Virus record (IMG/VR): IMGVR_UViG_3300021399_000100
Source of the DNA: a virus
Taxonomy: Duplodnaviria; Caudoviricetes
Direction: 5' to 3' (one strand)
Length of the DNA stretch: 64,000 nucleotides
Shown: positions 8,937 through 19,358 of the stretch, one piece after another
Layout: each line of letters begins with the position of its first letter
Numbering within the stretch: the stretch's first letter is position 1
Program-made: the position numbers and the translations under genes
The notes under the pieces: model-generated
What the model saw: the letters and a program-made list of their open reading frames with translations, nothing else
Told to the model about the DNA's origin: nothing
The model's database searches: none

Positions 8937-9863
8937 ATGGAAAAGAAGTATAAAACGGAGCCAGAGGGCTATATGTTAAGAATAATCTCCCTAAGAGATT
9001 TCTCCGACGTTAAACAAGGTGAGAAAGGTGGCTTAATTGAAAAAGAGAGAAACTTATCACAAGAAGGTGATTGTTGGATTAGCTATAACGCTCGGGTATA
9101 TGGTGATGCAGAGGTCTCAGACAACGCCATGATTCTCCACAACGCAGAGGTCTTTGGCAACGCGCATGTCGCAGGTGATGCTAGGGTCTTCGGTTACGCT
9201 AATATATTCGATAACGCTCTGGTCTTTGGCAAAGCTCGGGTCTTTGGTAACGCACATGTCGCTGGCAACGCTAGGGTATTCGAAAACGCATCAGTATCTG
9301 ACCAAGCGCATATCACAGACAACGCTCGTGTTTCTGGCAACGCACGTGTCTATGATAACGCTGTAGTTTTAGGTGACGCCCATGTCGCAGGTGATGAGCG
9401 TATAGGAGGTGATGCCGAAATTAAACAAACGTCAAATGATAACGAAGTATTATTTAAAGACCTTTGCGCAAGGGCACATTACGGAGTGATTTGCTCAATC
9501 TACAGAATAGATGATTATGGTGTAGGTTGCTGCGATGAGAAATTGATGGGTTATTTCATTGATGGACTCGGATATGAATTTTATTTTGGTGAATCCCCAA
9601 TGTCTATTGATAATATTTCTAAAATCAAGCCCTATCTCCGTCCAATGTCAGATATGACTGAGAAAGAAAAAGATGAATATAATCGGTTCATCTTTGATTA
9701 TGAATATGATGATTATTGGAATCCCGGAAAATACAGGGATGCTGTAGAAGTATATATGATGGACGAACTTATTGATTGGCTTAATGCTCATCACTTTGAT
9801 TACCGCAACCTCATAGAGAGAGGATTGGCATTACCTGCTCCAGAAGGAATGTACAACGTTTAA
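8937..9863 (+). CDS. Hexapeptide-repeat protein fused to an unrelated C-terminal phage domain
   Basis: LbH repeats, then KDLCAR..YGV...KPYLRPMSDMT...HHFDYR.LIE.GLA. Confidence 0.8.
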   Translation: MEKKYKTEPEGYMLRIISLRDFSDVKQGEKGGLIEKERNLSQEGDCWISYNARVYGDAEVSDNAMILHNAEVFGNAHVAGDARVFGYANIFDNALVFGKARVFGNAHVAGNARVFENASVSDQAHITDNARVSGNARVYDNAVVLGDAHVAGDERIGGDAEIKQTSNDNEVLFKDLCARAHYGVICSIYRIDDYGVGCCDEKLMGYFIDGLGYEFYFGESPMSIDNISKIKPYLRPMSDMTEKEKDEYNRFIFDYEYDDYWNPGKYRDAVEVYMMDELIDWLNAHHFDYRNLIERGLALPAPEGMYNV

Positions 9864-9876
9864 ATATTAAAAAAAT

Positions 9877-10287
9877 ATGAAAGCAACATTAGTAAAAACA
9901 TATAGAAATGGCGCGGTTTCGATTTATAAACTATCGGAACCAATTACCAAAGGCAAGTCGGACTTGCTAGGTAAAATTGATATAAAGCGATCGATTGATA
10001 ATCGGTATAATAGGCTGTTACCAGAATACAAGGAGACAGCAAAAAAATATCGCAAAGACGATGGCTACTATATAGCTATTAGCATGGCGCACACACATGT
10101 GGAAAAGCTTGTGTTTCCGGTATTAAGAATAACGGAAGATGTACTTGATATCACAGGAAATGACATAGCAGGTAAACATACACGCATGATAGATGGAGGA
10201 GACCCTTCAACTATTTATGCTGATGAAGTATACCTTAGATATTTGGCTACATTGAATGGGCTGCATTTCGAAGGTATTGAAAAATAA
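9877..10287 (+). CDS. Hypothetical protein
   Basis: Co-oriented ORF. Confidence 0.65.
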   Translation: MKATLVKTYRNGAVSIYKLSEPITKGKSDLLGKIDIKRSIDNRYNRLLPEYKETAKKYRKDDGYYIAISMAHTHVEKLVFPVLRITEDVLDITGNDIAGKHTRMIDGGDPSTIYADEVYLRYLATLNGLHFEGIEK

Positions 10288-10300
10288 GGAGGGAACTAGA

Positions 10301-10654
10301 ATGAAAAAAAATAAAATACTCGAAGTAGATGGAGTGTATTACACTCTAGTTGATGGCTCGTCTTGTAGTGATTGTGCCCTAAAGGAAAAATGCGAATCTA
10401 GCCTCTTCGGAGGGGATTGCAGCAAAGACACTCACTTCGAGAAAGCTGACATAGAACCTACCAAAGAAATGATAAGGAGGGTTCTACGACTATCCCATGA
10501 GGCTGAAAAAGTCTTTAACGAAGGATGCCGCCTCATCATTGGAGTTACTATTGATGAACAGATTGACAATATAAAAAGGCAGCAAGCAGGCCTCTCTTCT
10601 GATGAAAGAATAAAGTTTATAAAAGATTTTTGGCATGACGACAGCATAAAATAA
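10301..10654 (+). CDS. Cys-rich hypothetical protein, paralog of the next gene
   Basis: CSDC..C..C; GGAGG upstream of ATG 10301. Confidence 0.7.
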   Translation: MKKNKILEVDGVYYTLVDGSSCSDCALKEKCESSLFGGDCSKDTHFEKADIEPTKEMIRRVLRLSHEAEKVFNEGCRLIIGVTIDEQIDNIKRQQAGLSSDERIKFIKDFWHDDSIK

Positions 10655-10664
10655 GGAGGTTGAA

Positions 10665-11042
10665 ATGAATATAATACTCAAAATAGGCTAGTTTGATTAT
10701 AATCAAAAATGTGGCTCCATCAATGAGAAACCATTGGCTGACGGAAGGATATGTAGTGGCAACCACTTCAAGGAAGCTGATATATCTATAGATATAGACC
10801 CCACAGAAGAATTGATAAGAAAGGTTCTAAGTCTATCAGATGATGCAGATAAAGCATTTAAAGAACATTGCAGTTTATTTACTGGCGCTACTATTGATGA
10901 ACAATTTGATAACCAAAGAAGGCAACGTAATGGACTTTTGCTTGAGGAAAGAATCAGGTTCATAAAAGATCATTGGAAAGACACCTTTTATTATCTACAG
11001 CCTATTCGTAGTAGAGAAGGATTAATAACTGTTAAAATTTAA
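10665..11042 (+). pseudogene. Paralog of 10301..10654 with an in-frame TAG at codon 9
   Basis: AGGAGG plus ATG at 10665, in frame with ORF 10734; TAG at 10689-10691. Confidence 0.55.
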
Positions 11043-11058
11043 AACGGAGGAAGAAAAA

Positions 11059-11391
11059 ATGAATAATTTAGATAATTTAAAAGAAAATCGTTCAGAGTGG
11101 TCGCAAGAAGACTGTGAGGAGCTAATGTCTAAATATACACAACATTTAGATAATTTACAATCAAGCCTTTCCGAGTGTTCACAAGAAGAACTCGAAGAGC
11201 TAAAGCCAGTATTTATGCACACTAAAGATAGACTCTTGAATATGCTAAAGAAAGTTTTAAAACCGTGGTTAGCTGAGAGGTGGAAAAAAGACAATGCTCC
11301 AAAATATCAAAAGTATTTTGAGGAGTGGTTTTCCAACATCACCGAAGACCAAGCTTTAGGTTTCTATAAACAAATGATAACAAAATTATGA
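11059..11391 (+). CDS. Hypothetical protein with an internal duplication
   Basis: LDNL....SE.SQE..EEL occurs twice. Confidence 0.65.
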   Translation: MNNLDNLKENRSEWSQEDCEELMSKYTQHLDNLQSSLSECSQEELEELKPVFMHTKDRLLNMLKKVLKPWLAERWKKDNAPKYQKYFEEWFSNITEDQALGFYKQMITKL

Positions 11392-11471
11392 CGACAAAAT
11401 TAGTAGAGTCCCTTAATGACCTTTATTTTGGAGGTATTGAGGACGAAGAAATTTAGTTCCAAAAACATTGA

Positions 11472-11711
11472 ATGAGAAGTAATATGATGAAGTACAGAAT
11501 TATAAGGTTAGATTTAAAAGACCACTCCGTCTATTGTATACAAAAGAAGTTCTTATTCTTTTGGTGGATTGACCTCAATTCTACTGGAGGTTACACGCAC
11601 GATTTCCCTTATCATTATTCAAGTCTTGAGGAGGCAAGGGTCGCACTTAGATGGTTCAATCCAAAGAAAACAGTAATTGATGTTGAGTACCAGAACTATT
11701 GTAAATGGTAA
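11472..11711 (+). CDS. Small protein of the QK.FL.FWW family
   Basis: Close paralog of 34390..34596. Confidence 0.7.
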   Translation: MRSNMMKYRIIRLDLKDHSVYCIQKKFLFFWWIDLNSTGGYTHDFPYHYSSLEEARVALRWFNPKKTVIDVEYQNYCKW

Positions 11712-11715
11712 ACAT

Positions 11716-11756
11716 AAAAAGAGGAAGTGATTACTCACCTCCTCTTTATTATTTTA
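11716..11756. terminator. Bidirectional terminator between convergent genes
   Basis: aaagagg..gtga / tcac..cctcttt hairpin. Confidence 0.65.
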
Positions 11757-11779
11757 TAGTCTATTGCTGGACTAATATA

Positions 11780-13519
11780 TTACCCCAAGTAAGGGAAGAT
11801 TGCTGCGAAGTCACTAGTTTCACCACTGACTTTCTGCAACTTCAAATCAAAGCCCAAATAAAGGGTTTCTGGATGCTGACCTGCTGCTGCGATAGCATAT
11901 CTAGATGTCATCGAAACGACATTCTGGCCGCCCATACCTTCACTTGGATAAGTGATTTGGTCAGCAAGGATGTAAGGCATGAACTTCAAGCCAGGGGACT
12001 GTTCAGTACCTACTGCACCAACCAAACATGAAGTAGAGTCGAAATCCAAATATGGATCAACGTACACCTTCAATCTACCCAGACTACCGATATTATAGAT
12101 AGCGTTGCTACCTGAAGCTGCAGCGAATGTTGTAACAGGAGTAGCCAAGAAAGTAGGCATATCCATAATTGCTGTACCGATACCTGCACCAACTACTACC
12201 CAATCAGCAGGGCTCACACGTGAACGAGTTGAAATGATATTTGATGCGAGGTTAAACTTAGCAACAACTTGCTTCTGAATAGTCAAGCTATTCTCGTGCA
12301 AATCACTCGAGATAACGATCTTAGCGTTGAAGCCGATAGAATCAGCATGCTTTTTACCCAAAGTATGAAGTGCCTTCAAGATATCAAAGTTGATACGCTG
12401 AGTGCATTCATTAGTCAAGATTGCGTTAATGAAGCCATAAGGGTCATAACCATAAGCGGTCATATCCTGGAACTGCTCACGAGTGATTTCACCTTGAATC
12501 TTAATGGTCTTAGCGTCAACTTTAGTTGAAGCCATCTCAAGCGATACCTTATTAGCAGGAGTAACCTCACCTTCAGATCTCAAATAAGGATTCAATGTCT
12601 TCAAGTTATACTGTGCAGCACCACGAGTACCGTCAGCAGTGTTGTAATCACCGTTAGAACCATATTTAGACACACCAGTGAAGAAAGGAACGAAGTCCTC
12701 GTATGTCTTAACAGTGTCGAAATATGAGATCTTAACCTTTACTGGATCAGCACCTATAGGTGTAATAGTTACTTCAACACCATCTGCATACTGATTGAAG
12801 ATGTTAGCAAAGGTAGAGCCTTCCTGTGTAGAATCACTTCCGAAGTTACCATTACGATAAGCCTCATTAGGATAAACGATCTCGAAGATAGGAGCCTTGT
12901 CATAGAATGACAGCAAACCTGTAAAGGTAACCTTGGCGCCCAATGATGTACCAAGTGCAACTGGGGTAGCATCTGCTCCTGTGCCTGGAATAGTGATAGT
13001 TGCTTCTACGCCCTTCAATGCTTCAAGGATCTCGTTTTTAGTCTTGGTAGTGTTACCTGCTATAGCAAGAGTAGCATCCCAATCGATGACACCTTTAACA
13101 AGACGTGGGTTCTTAGCAGAAGTATCCAAGCTTCCGAGGTTGCGGTTAGTTGCACCACCAGAGTAAACACCGTTTACATAAGGAAGAATGGTCAACGCTG
13201 TTGAGATAGGTACTGTTGGGAGCAAATCGAGCGCGATTGTCTGTGCTGCAATCGCCATTGCCATAGGCAATGTGCTCGATGGCATATCACCTGAACCAAA
13301 ATTACCGTCGTTAGTGATACCAGTGAAAGTTCCATCTGGGTTCGCAGAACCCTGTGGAAGCGTAGGATCACCCATTCCAGCGAAATTAGCGTCAGGATTC
13401 ATGTGCATATTACCCCATGATTCCAAAATAGACTTAGCATCCAAACCCTTGGTTGCTGCCTCGTTCAATGCATGAATAGATGCGAGCTTTTGCATCCATG
13501 CGTTTTTATTTTGCCTCAT
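11780..13519 (-). CDS. Major capsid protein (T4 gp23-like, HK97 fold)
   Basis: DLLPTVP, KVDAKT.KI...T.E..QD, ILTNE....IN.DI, G....LKVYVDPY and MPY..TSRYA patterns; late promoter upstream. Confidence 0.88.
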   Translation of the reverse strand: MRQNKNAWMQKLASIHALNEAATKGLDAKSILESWGNMHMNPDANFAGMGDPTLPQGSANPDGTFTGITNDGNFGSGDMPSSTLPMAMAIAAQTIALDLLPTVPISTALTILPYVNGVYSGGATNRNLGSLDTSAKNPRLVKGVIDWDATLAIAGNTTKTKNEILEALKGVEATITIPGTGADATPVALGTSLGAKVTFTGLLSFYDKAPIFEIVYPNEAYRNGNFGSDSTQEGSTFANIFNQYADGVEVTITPIGADPVKVKISYFDTVKTYEDFVPFFTGVSKYGSNGDYNTADGTRGAAQYNLKTLNPYLRSEGEVTPANKVSLEMASTKVDAKTIKIQGEITREQFQDMTAYGYDPYGFINAILTNECTQRINFDILKALHTLGKKHADSIGFNAKIVISSDLHENSLTIQKQVVAKFNLASNIISTRSRVSPADWVVVGAGIGTAIMDMPTFLATPVTTFAAASGSNAIYNIGSLGRLKVYVDPYLDFDSTSCLVGAVGTEQSPGLKFMPYILADQITYPSEGMGGQNVVSMTSRYAIAAAGQHPETLYLGFDLKLQKVSGETSDFAAIFPYLG

Positions 13520-13586
13520 AAAAAATGATTGTATGGTTGTACCTCCTATTATTCCTCTGAAGGAGATACTGTATGAAATTATTATG

Positions 13587-13629
13587 TATTATTTACCCCT
13601 CAATAATAAACTATAACGCGTAAATAATA
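13587..13629. promoter_or_regulatory. Divergent pair of late promoter motifs GTAAATAATA
   Basis: 13587-13596 (-) faces the capsid gene; 13620-13629 (+) faces the 13655 gene. Confidence 0.65.
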
Positions 13630-13654
13630 AAGAAATTTGTATTATTTTCATAAA

Positions 13655-15427
13655 ATGGCCAGAAAATATGCTTATATACATAAAAATAATGCAGTATCTA
13701 CTAATAGATTCGACTATCCATATGCTGCAGATGATGAATTTGGCGTTATAGATACCAAGACAGGAGTCAATAGCTCTCCTAATTCTGTACCGCTATCTCC
13801 TGTATTAAAGGGAGTAGTATCTGCTACCGATAACGGAAAAGGAAGCAAGACTACTGAAACAGTCAGTCCTCGTCTATATTTCTCTGATGATGAAAATAGA
13901 CAGGCATTCTATCCGAAATCTATATTCAATGATTTCTGCGCAGTAAACTATTCTTTAATATATGGTAGAATGCCTAATCTTGGCAAAGACCAAACAGATC
14001 TGGCTAGGCACCAAGCAAGATATTCTGATTATACTGCAAATATCCGAGACGTTAATGCAGATGCTGAAGCTTACCGTATAGCTAAATTGAAGCCCACTAT
14101 TCAGGCGATTATGAAATATTATAATCAAGACGATGATTATGGACTCAGAAGATATGATTATACGGATTTTGCGTTTCTGAAACGATTAAATCAGGTTCCA
14201 CTGAATTATTTAATAACTCTTCGCAGATACCCTACTCCTTGTGGTGACGGTATGATAGATTTATCATGCCCTGCAAGTGACACTGTTAATAAATTAGGCG
14301 TATGGCCTACTTATGGATGTATTGCAAAGGCAGTAACATATATGTCTAAAGACAATGGTAACGACATAAATGCTATATTAAGATTTGCATATGGCTCTAA
14401 TTGGACAGAAGAGCAGGCTGATATACAGCAGATGGAGAGTAACACTACATTGAGGTCGCAAACAATAAATAGACCTAATTCTGTAAAGAATCTAGTGTAC
14501 GCCGCACGTAGAATCAATAATCCCTCATCTGCTTCTGGGCAAGGTATAGACTGGTACGATGGGGTATGTGGTCCATTAAGACAGAACTTTGCAGACAGAC
14601 GTATCTATCAAGGCGACGCTCTGGTAGATAAATATAGCACATCTGTATTAGGACCTATCAACTGTATCGATAGTGTTTATATCCGCAGTAGAGGATTGAC
14701 ATTTGATCAAGGTATCACTTTGACATTTGAGTATGATTTGAAATCAGTTGCCATGATGAACCCTAAAGCAGTAGCTCTTGACCTTATAGCTAACTTCTTT
14801 ACTCTTACAGGCAATTACGGAGGATTCTGGGGAGGCGCTACTAGATGGCATCAACGTCCAGAAGAATTAGGAGCGCCTGTAGGGGATATAGAAGCGCTCA
14901 GAAATGGCGATATATTGAAATTTGTATCATCTGTCAAGGATAGTTTCGTGAATACTGTACAAAGTATCTTTAGTGGTAGTGTCGAAGAGATTGTAGAAAA
15001 GGTCGCTACTGTAGTTGCAGGCGGCTTGGCCGACCATCTGAGTGATATCATGGATAGATACTCTCCTCTAGGTGCTGCGCAGATCACTAAAGCTCTGTTG
15101 AGAAATACTCCTACGGGCAACTGGCACCTTGTTATAGGGAATCCGTTAGACCCTATAGCAACTATAGGAAATCTATGTGTAGAAAGTACAGATGTAACAT
15201 GGGGACCTATTTTACAAGGTGACGATTTTCCATCTAGCATTAATTTTGAAGTAAGGCTTCGTCACGGTATGCCTAGAGATATTGGTTCTATTCAAACTAT
15301 GTTTAATATGGGTAAAGGTAGAATCTATGTAGATATAGATCCTAAAGTCATTGAAGCTCAGCAATCATCTAATGCAGGTACTGCTAATGGCTTCAGCAGA
15401 AATTATCATTCTGTATTTGGTAATTAA
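13655..15427 (+). CDS. Probable baseplate / tail-tube-cap structural protein
   Basis: Late promoter; tube-fold-like C-terminus (IGNL.VES..V.W...DDFP..I.F.V.L); followed by a gp53-like gene. Confidence 0.45.
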   Translation: MARKYAYIHKNNAVSTNRFDYPYAADDEFGVIDTKTGVNSSPNSVPLSPVLKGVVSATDNGKGSKTTETVSPRLYFSDDENRQAFYPKSIFNDFCAVNYSLIYGRMPNLGKDQTDLARHQARYSDYTANIRDVNADAEAYRIAKLKPTIQAIMKYYNQDDDYGLRRYDYTDFAFLKRLNQVPLNYLITLRRYPTPCGDGMIDLSCPASDTVNKLGVWPTYGCIAKAVTYMSKDNGNDINAILRFAYGSNWTEEQADIQQMESNTTLRSQTINRPNSVKNLVYAARRINNPSSASGQGIDWYDGVCGPLRQNFADRRIYQGDALVDKYSTSVLGPINCIDSVYIRSRGLTFDQGITLTFEYDLKSVAMMNPKAVALDLIANFFTLTGNYGGFWGGATRWHQRPEELGAPVGDIEALRNGDILKFVSSVKDSFVNTVQSIFSGSVEEIVEKVATVVAGGLADHLSDIMDRYSPLGAAQITKALLRNTPTGNWHLVIGNPLDPIATIGNLCVESTDVTWGPILQGDDFPSSINFEVRLRHGMPRDIGSIQTMFNMGKGRIYVDIDPKVIEAQQSSNAGTANGFSRNYHSVFGN

Positions 15428-15453
15428 TCATTTTATATAATATTGTATATACT

Positions 15454-15861
15454 ATGGACACTATAATACTTGAAAGACTTGCTGTAGATGACGAAAATAT
15501 TGAATGGGGCAGACGCATCATTAATAAAGATGATATAAATGTTGTCAATATAGTCACTGCTAATAAAAGTCATAATATGAGATGTGATAAGCTAGCCATG
15601 ACGATGGGAGTGACTGATATGAATCAGATATCTATTCTCAATGAGATAATGAATCCTTTCACAATAGAAGAAGGTAAGTCATATTTAGTACCTGATGGGG
15701 CTATTAGTAAATATTACGATAGCACTGAGCCACAATATCCTGTAACTAAAAGCAGCACAAAGACTGCACGTGGAAAAGAATCATCCCTTACCACTACACA
15801 AATTACTGAGATATTGGAACCTGAAACAGACAAAGATAGACAAAATAGATTGAGCAAATAA
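15454..15861 (+). CDS. Baseplate wedge gp53-like (LysM-like) protein
   Basis: R.D.LA.....I..LN.I.NPF.I.EG....VP pattern. Confidence 0.55.
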   Translation: MDTIILERLAVDDENIEWGRRIINKDDINVVNIVTANKSHNMRCDKLAMTMGVTDMNQISILNEIMNPFTIEEGKSYLVPDGAISKYYDSTEPQYPVTKSSTKTARGKESSLTTTQITEILEPETDKDRQNRLSK

Positions 15862-15862
15862 T

Positions 15863-17413
15863 ATGGGATACTTCAGCAATTTATCACCAAAGCTATTGCA
15901 GGATAATAAGATGCATATACTGTATCCTGTGAACCTAGCTGTGTCTACTAGTTATAAAGATACTAATACTATACATAATTCTAACAGCAATACATTAAAA
16001 CTAGAAGCATCGTGTGGTACTATATGGACTGATAGTATGGACGGGCGCAAGAGCTCTGTTGGATTTATCCATAATAATGATTTTTATAGCTTGCCGTTCA
16101 GACACCCTATATTTTACAAAGCGTTGTCTATGTTTAATGGGTCAGCAGAAGAGAAAGGTGATATTTCTATGTATAATGTATGGAGCTATGGCCATATGCT
16201 AAGCCCTGCATATTATTTTTCTCCACATTTTGCTGACAGTAATATGAGCGACGTGGCTAGATTTATCAGTACGGATTCTGTAAACGGTACACCCTTGTAC
16301 AGATTATCTAGCTATATCAATATATATGACCCTAAATTGTCTTCATTCTATTCAAAGTTCACCATAGGTTCTGATAGAGTAGAAACTTATTTCTATCCAT
16401 CAGAGTTTTCTCAGAAATATGGATTGTGGACTCAGGAATACATTTCGGGGCAGCCTATCAAAGATGAACTGCGTGTCAATGTAGATACGATGTTAAAATA
16501 TTTGGTCGATGTTAATCGTAACAGCAATTCATATTCGTGGTGGAGCATTCATGACGATATAAGATATGGTCTCTCTGGGTATAGATGGTGGGGAACATGG
16601 CAGCAGACACGTTTCCATCCACGTTTTGTACGTCTCTTCCCTATATACGTAAAAGACGAAACTACTGTATCAAATGCTAGAGGAGAACTAGAAGACTTTA
16701 AAGAGATGGTTGCTTGGCAAAAAGATATGGCACCGAGACCACCTGAAGAGTTCAGGTCAGACATGCTTGGTATCAATGACATGTCTTCAGTATATATCCA
16801 AAAGCATGACGTTGGTGAAAATAGATTCGAAGACGCGGTAAGCAATCATTCTATAGATCTTATATCTATGGGAGATACAGGTAATCCAAATCCAGGTGAA
16901 GAGAAGGCCAGATTCGTAGGTATATGCGATAATGCTATCACTTATGGCTTTGTGAAGAATACTAATTATGTAAAGATATATAGTGCCGATACTAAATGGA
17001 TATCTGTTCCTTTCCAGGACAAGATGGCTATAGAATATGTTCCTAATAATCCAATATTTAATGTAATTAATTATTCATATCCAGAATATGGAGAAGGATT
17101 GTATACAGACAAATATCTGGCTCCACGGAATCTAGATATGGTCATCCGCTCGTATAATGTATATAATGTAGAGAGGAGGGCTTTAGGATGGCAAGGCAGC
17201 GGTTATAATAATAGAAAGCTCAAAGTATTGTTTAGTGATAACCCCATTATAAGCTATATGTCTTCTCGCAGCGGCGTGTATCGATTATATAACAGTGCAA
17301 ATATGATCAATTCAATCAAATGGATTACCGATTCGAATGGGATGCTTGTGATGAAATTTGAAAATACTGCAGATATGCTTATAGATAACGTCGTTCCTAA
17401 TGTGAACGTATAA
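15863..17413 (+). CDS. Hypothetical, probably virion protein
   Basis: Large ORF in a late operon. Confidence 0.55.
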   Translation: MGYFSNLSPKLLQDNKMHILYPVNLAVSTSYKDTNTIHNSNSNTLKLEASCGTIWTDSMDGRKSSVGFIHNNDFYSLPFRHPIFYKALSMFNGSAEEKGDISMYNVWSYGHMLSPAYYFSPHFADSNMSDVARFISTDSVNGTPLYRLSSYINIYDPKLSSFYSKFTIGSDRVETYFYPSEFSQKYGLWTQEYISGQPIKDELRVNVDTMLKYLVDVNRNSNSYSWWSIHDDIRYGLSGYRWWGTWQQTRFHPRFVRLFPIYVKDETTVSNARGELEDFKEMVAWQKDMAPRPPEEFRSDMLGINDMSSVYIQKHDVGENRFEDAVSNHSIDLISMGDTGNPNPGEEKARFVGICDNAITYGFVKNTNYVKIYSADTKWISVPFQDKMAIEYVPNNPIFNVINYSYPEYGEGLYTDKYLAPRNLDMVIRSYNVYNVERRALGWQGSGYNNRKLKVLFSDNPIISYMSSRSGVYRLYNSANMINSIKWITDSNGMLVMKFENTADMLIDNVVPNVNV

Positions 17414-17421
17414 TATATTAG

Positions 17422-17450
17422 AAAGCCTAGTTCTTAAACGGCTAGGCTTT
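17422..17450. terminator. Bidirectional terminator
   Basis: aaagcctag / ctaggcttt between convergent genes. Confidence 0.65.
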
Positions 17451-18740
17451 ATTTTTATTACCATGAACCAAATCATGAATATCTGTCATATATATCGTAC
17501 ATTGATCAGCTTCTATAGTGACATCTATCACATCCTGACTGGATGGAGAAGAAACTCCTGCTAAATTAATATTGTTGAAATTATTAGTATACGACGCAAA
17601 TCTACATCCCATAAGGCAGATAGCCATAACAGATGTATGTTCTGCAGCTAAAGAATTAATAGCTGATATAGCATTTGATGCCTTAGACCTTAACAACATT
17701 CGGCCTGCAGGTGTATCATTGAAGAATGATCTTGCATCATGTATATATATCGTCATATTGAACTTCTGTAGATTCAAAGGAATGAACTCACGCATATATG
17801 TTGTATCATAGATAGCATTCATAAAGCCGTGCATCATTCTAGAGGTCTTCATATCTACAGTTTCATTCAATCTCATATTGAATTTCACATTCAGATAATT
17901 ATTCTCATCTATGTAATATGTAGTAAGTATATCCCCGAGATCTATAGAAGATATCATATATGCATGATTCTTGATTAATTCGTAGAACATCTTACAGCTT
18001 CTCATGAAGTCTGCTACTCTAGTGTCTTCTATATTTGCATAGTCACTCGAATTATCATGGAACAAAGGCTGCTCTGTTGGTGTGACGGTTATCTTGCTAT
18101 CTGCTACAACCCGTTGATTATTAATGGCTTGATTTCTAGCGTCTTCTAAATCTGCTATTTCATTTCTCAGAATCTCTGCTTCCCACGGATTACTTGACCC
18201 AGCTAATTCTTGCAGCTTTGTATTGATCATATCATTATAGAATGCTATCTCTGCATCATATTCATCAGAGTCAGCTTCTACTGGTGGAGCATTCAGATCA
18301 GATGTTTCTACATATGTGTCTATGGAAGGAACCCCGCATAGTTTCATATATAACCATTCAGCTGCCGTTAATATGCATCCATTGACGCATGGCACAAGAT
18401 AATTCATATCTATATTATACGGACATGGTTGCAGATCTATTCCATTATTTATAGAATCATCAATAGTATTTTTATATTTATATGCTAGCTCAGATTCTAG
18501 GTATGACGAATAATCTCTAGGAGGTAACTGCATGATTTTCTGCATGTCGCCAAAGAATGGAGAATAAGTAAAGTCTACATCTACAGTAACAAATGGAATA
18601 AAAGGATCATCTAATCGACTATATCCTGTCTTTTCAGACCCTAATCGATGTTCATTCAAGCCACCTTTAAGTGCTACACATGAATCATTCTCTCTTGTGC
18701 CGTTGGCAAGAAAATCTTTATGTCTATATTTTCCCAGCAT
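17442..18740 (-). CDS. Probable tail-tube-fold baseplate protein (gp48/gp54-like)
   Basis: ETVD.K...P.NLQKF.M.IYI.D.R pattern; in the gp5 operon. Confidence 0.4.
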   Translation of the reverse strand: MLGKYRHKDFLANGTRENDSCVALKGGLNEHRLGSEKTGYSRLDDPFIPFVTVDVDFTYSPFFGDMQKIMQLPPRDYSSYLESELAYKYKNTIDDSINNGIDLQPCPYNIDMNYLVPCVNGCILTAAEWLYMKLCGVPSIDTYVETSDLNAPPVEADSDEYDAEIAFYNDMINTKLQELAGSSNPWEAEILRNEIADLEDARNQAINNQRVVADSKITVTPTEQPLFHDNSSDYANIEDTRVADFMRSCKMFYELIKNHAYMISSIDLGDILTTYYIDENNYLNVKFNMRLNETVDMKTSRMMHGFMNAIYDTTYMREFIPLNLQKFNMTIYIHDARSFFNDTPAGRMLLRSKASNAISAINSLAAEHTSVMAICLMGCRFASYTNNFNNINLAGVSSPSSQDVIDVTIEADQCTIYMTDIHDLVHGNKNKA

Positions 18741-18748
18741 CTTTTGTA

Positions 18749-19351
18749 TTAAGAAATGTATCGTTCCTGTGGATCTGTTATATTATCATCAGACTGTGTG
18801 CTATAAATGAAATCTTGCTCTATCTTATTGACATAGAACTTACATTCGATATTACGTGTCTCTATTGCATTAGTAGTATAATCTATCACAATATTAGTTG
18901 ATACGTCATTAAACGTGGATTCTTTGCATTCGAATCGAATTACAGCAGCACCAGCTGCATCTGTCAGCATTACAGTAAACATTGGCACAAATTTAGTGTC
19001 AAAGTCTGTATTGTAATAGATCATAATGTCATTAAGGATAGCCCATATAATATACGAGCTATCTAGTTTGAATGTTACATTGACTTCACCTTGTGTGAAT
19101 ACTGCAGGATGATTAGGGTCTCTAAATGTGCGTCCATGAGGATGTCTCTGATCTTGCTGCTTGATATTGCTTCGCGACGTAACCGGAACTAATGCAACCT
19201 TTTGTAAATGAGCATTAAGATATTCTGTCAGATTAGGATATATGCACATCCTCTGAGACAGATAAGGGTAATACTTGCTCTCTACCTCAGCAGGCACAAA
19301 TCCTTGGGGCACCCTAAATATAAATTGTTTTGACGTAGACGCTGTAATCAT
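18749..19351 (-). CDS. Tail-tube-fold protein (gp3/gp54-like)
   Basis: V.VTFKLD..Y..W...L.D..G...RF pattern; in the gp5 operon. Confidence 0.45.
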   Translation of the reverse strand: MITASTSKQFIFRVPQGFVPAEVESKYYPYLSQRMCIYPNLTEYLNAHLQKVALVPVTSRSNIKQQDQRHPHGRTFRDPNHPAVFTQGEVNVTFKLDSSYIIWAILNDIMIYYNTDFDTKFVPMFTVMLTDAAGAAVIRFECKESTFNDVSTNIVIDYTTNAIETRNIECKFYVNKIEQDFIYSTQSDDNITDPQERYIS

Positions 19352-19358
19352 TTGAGTA

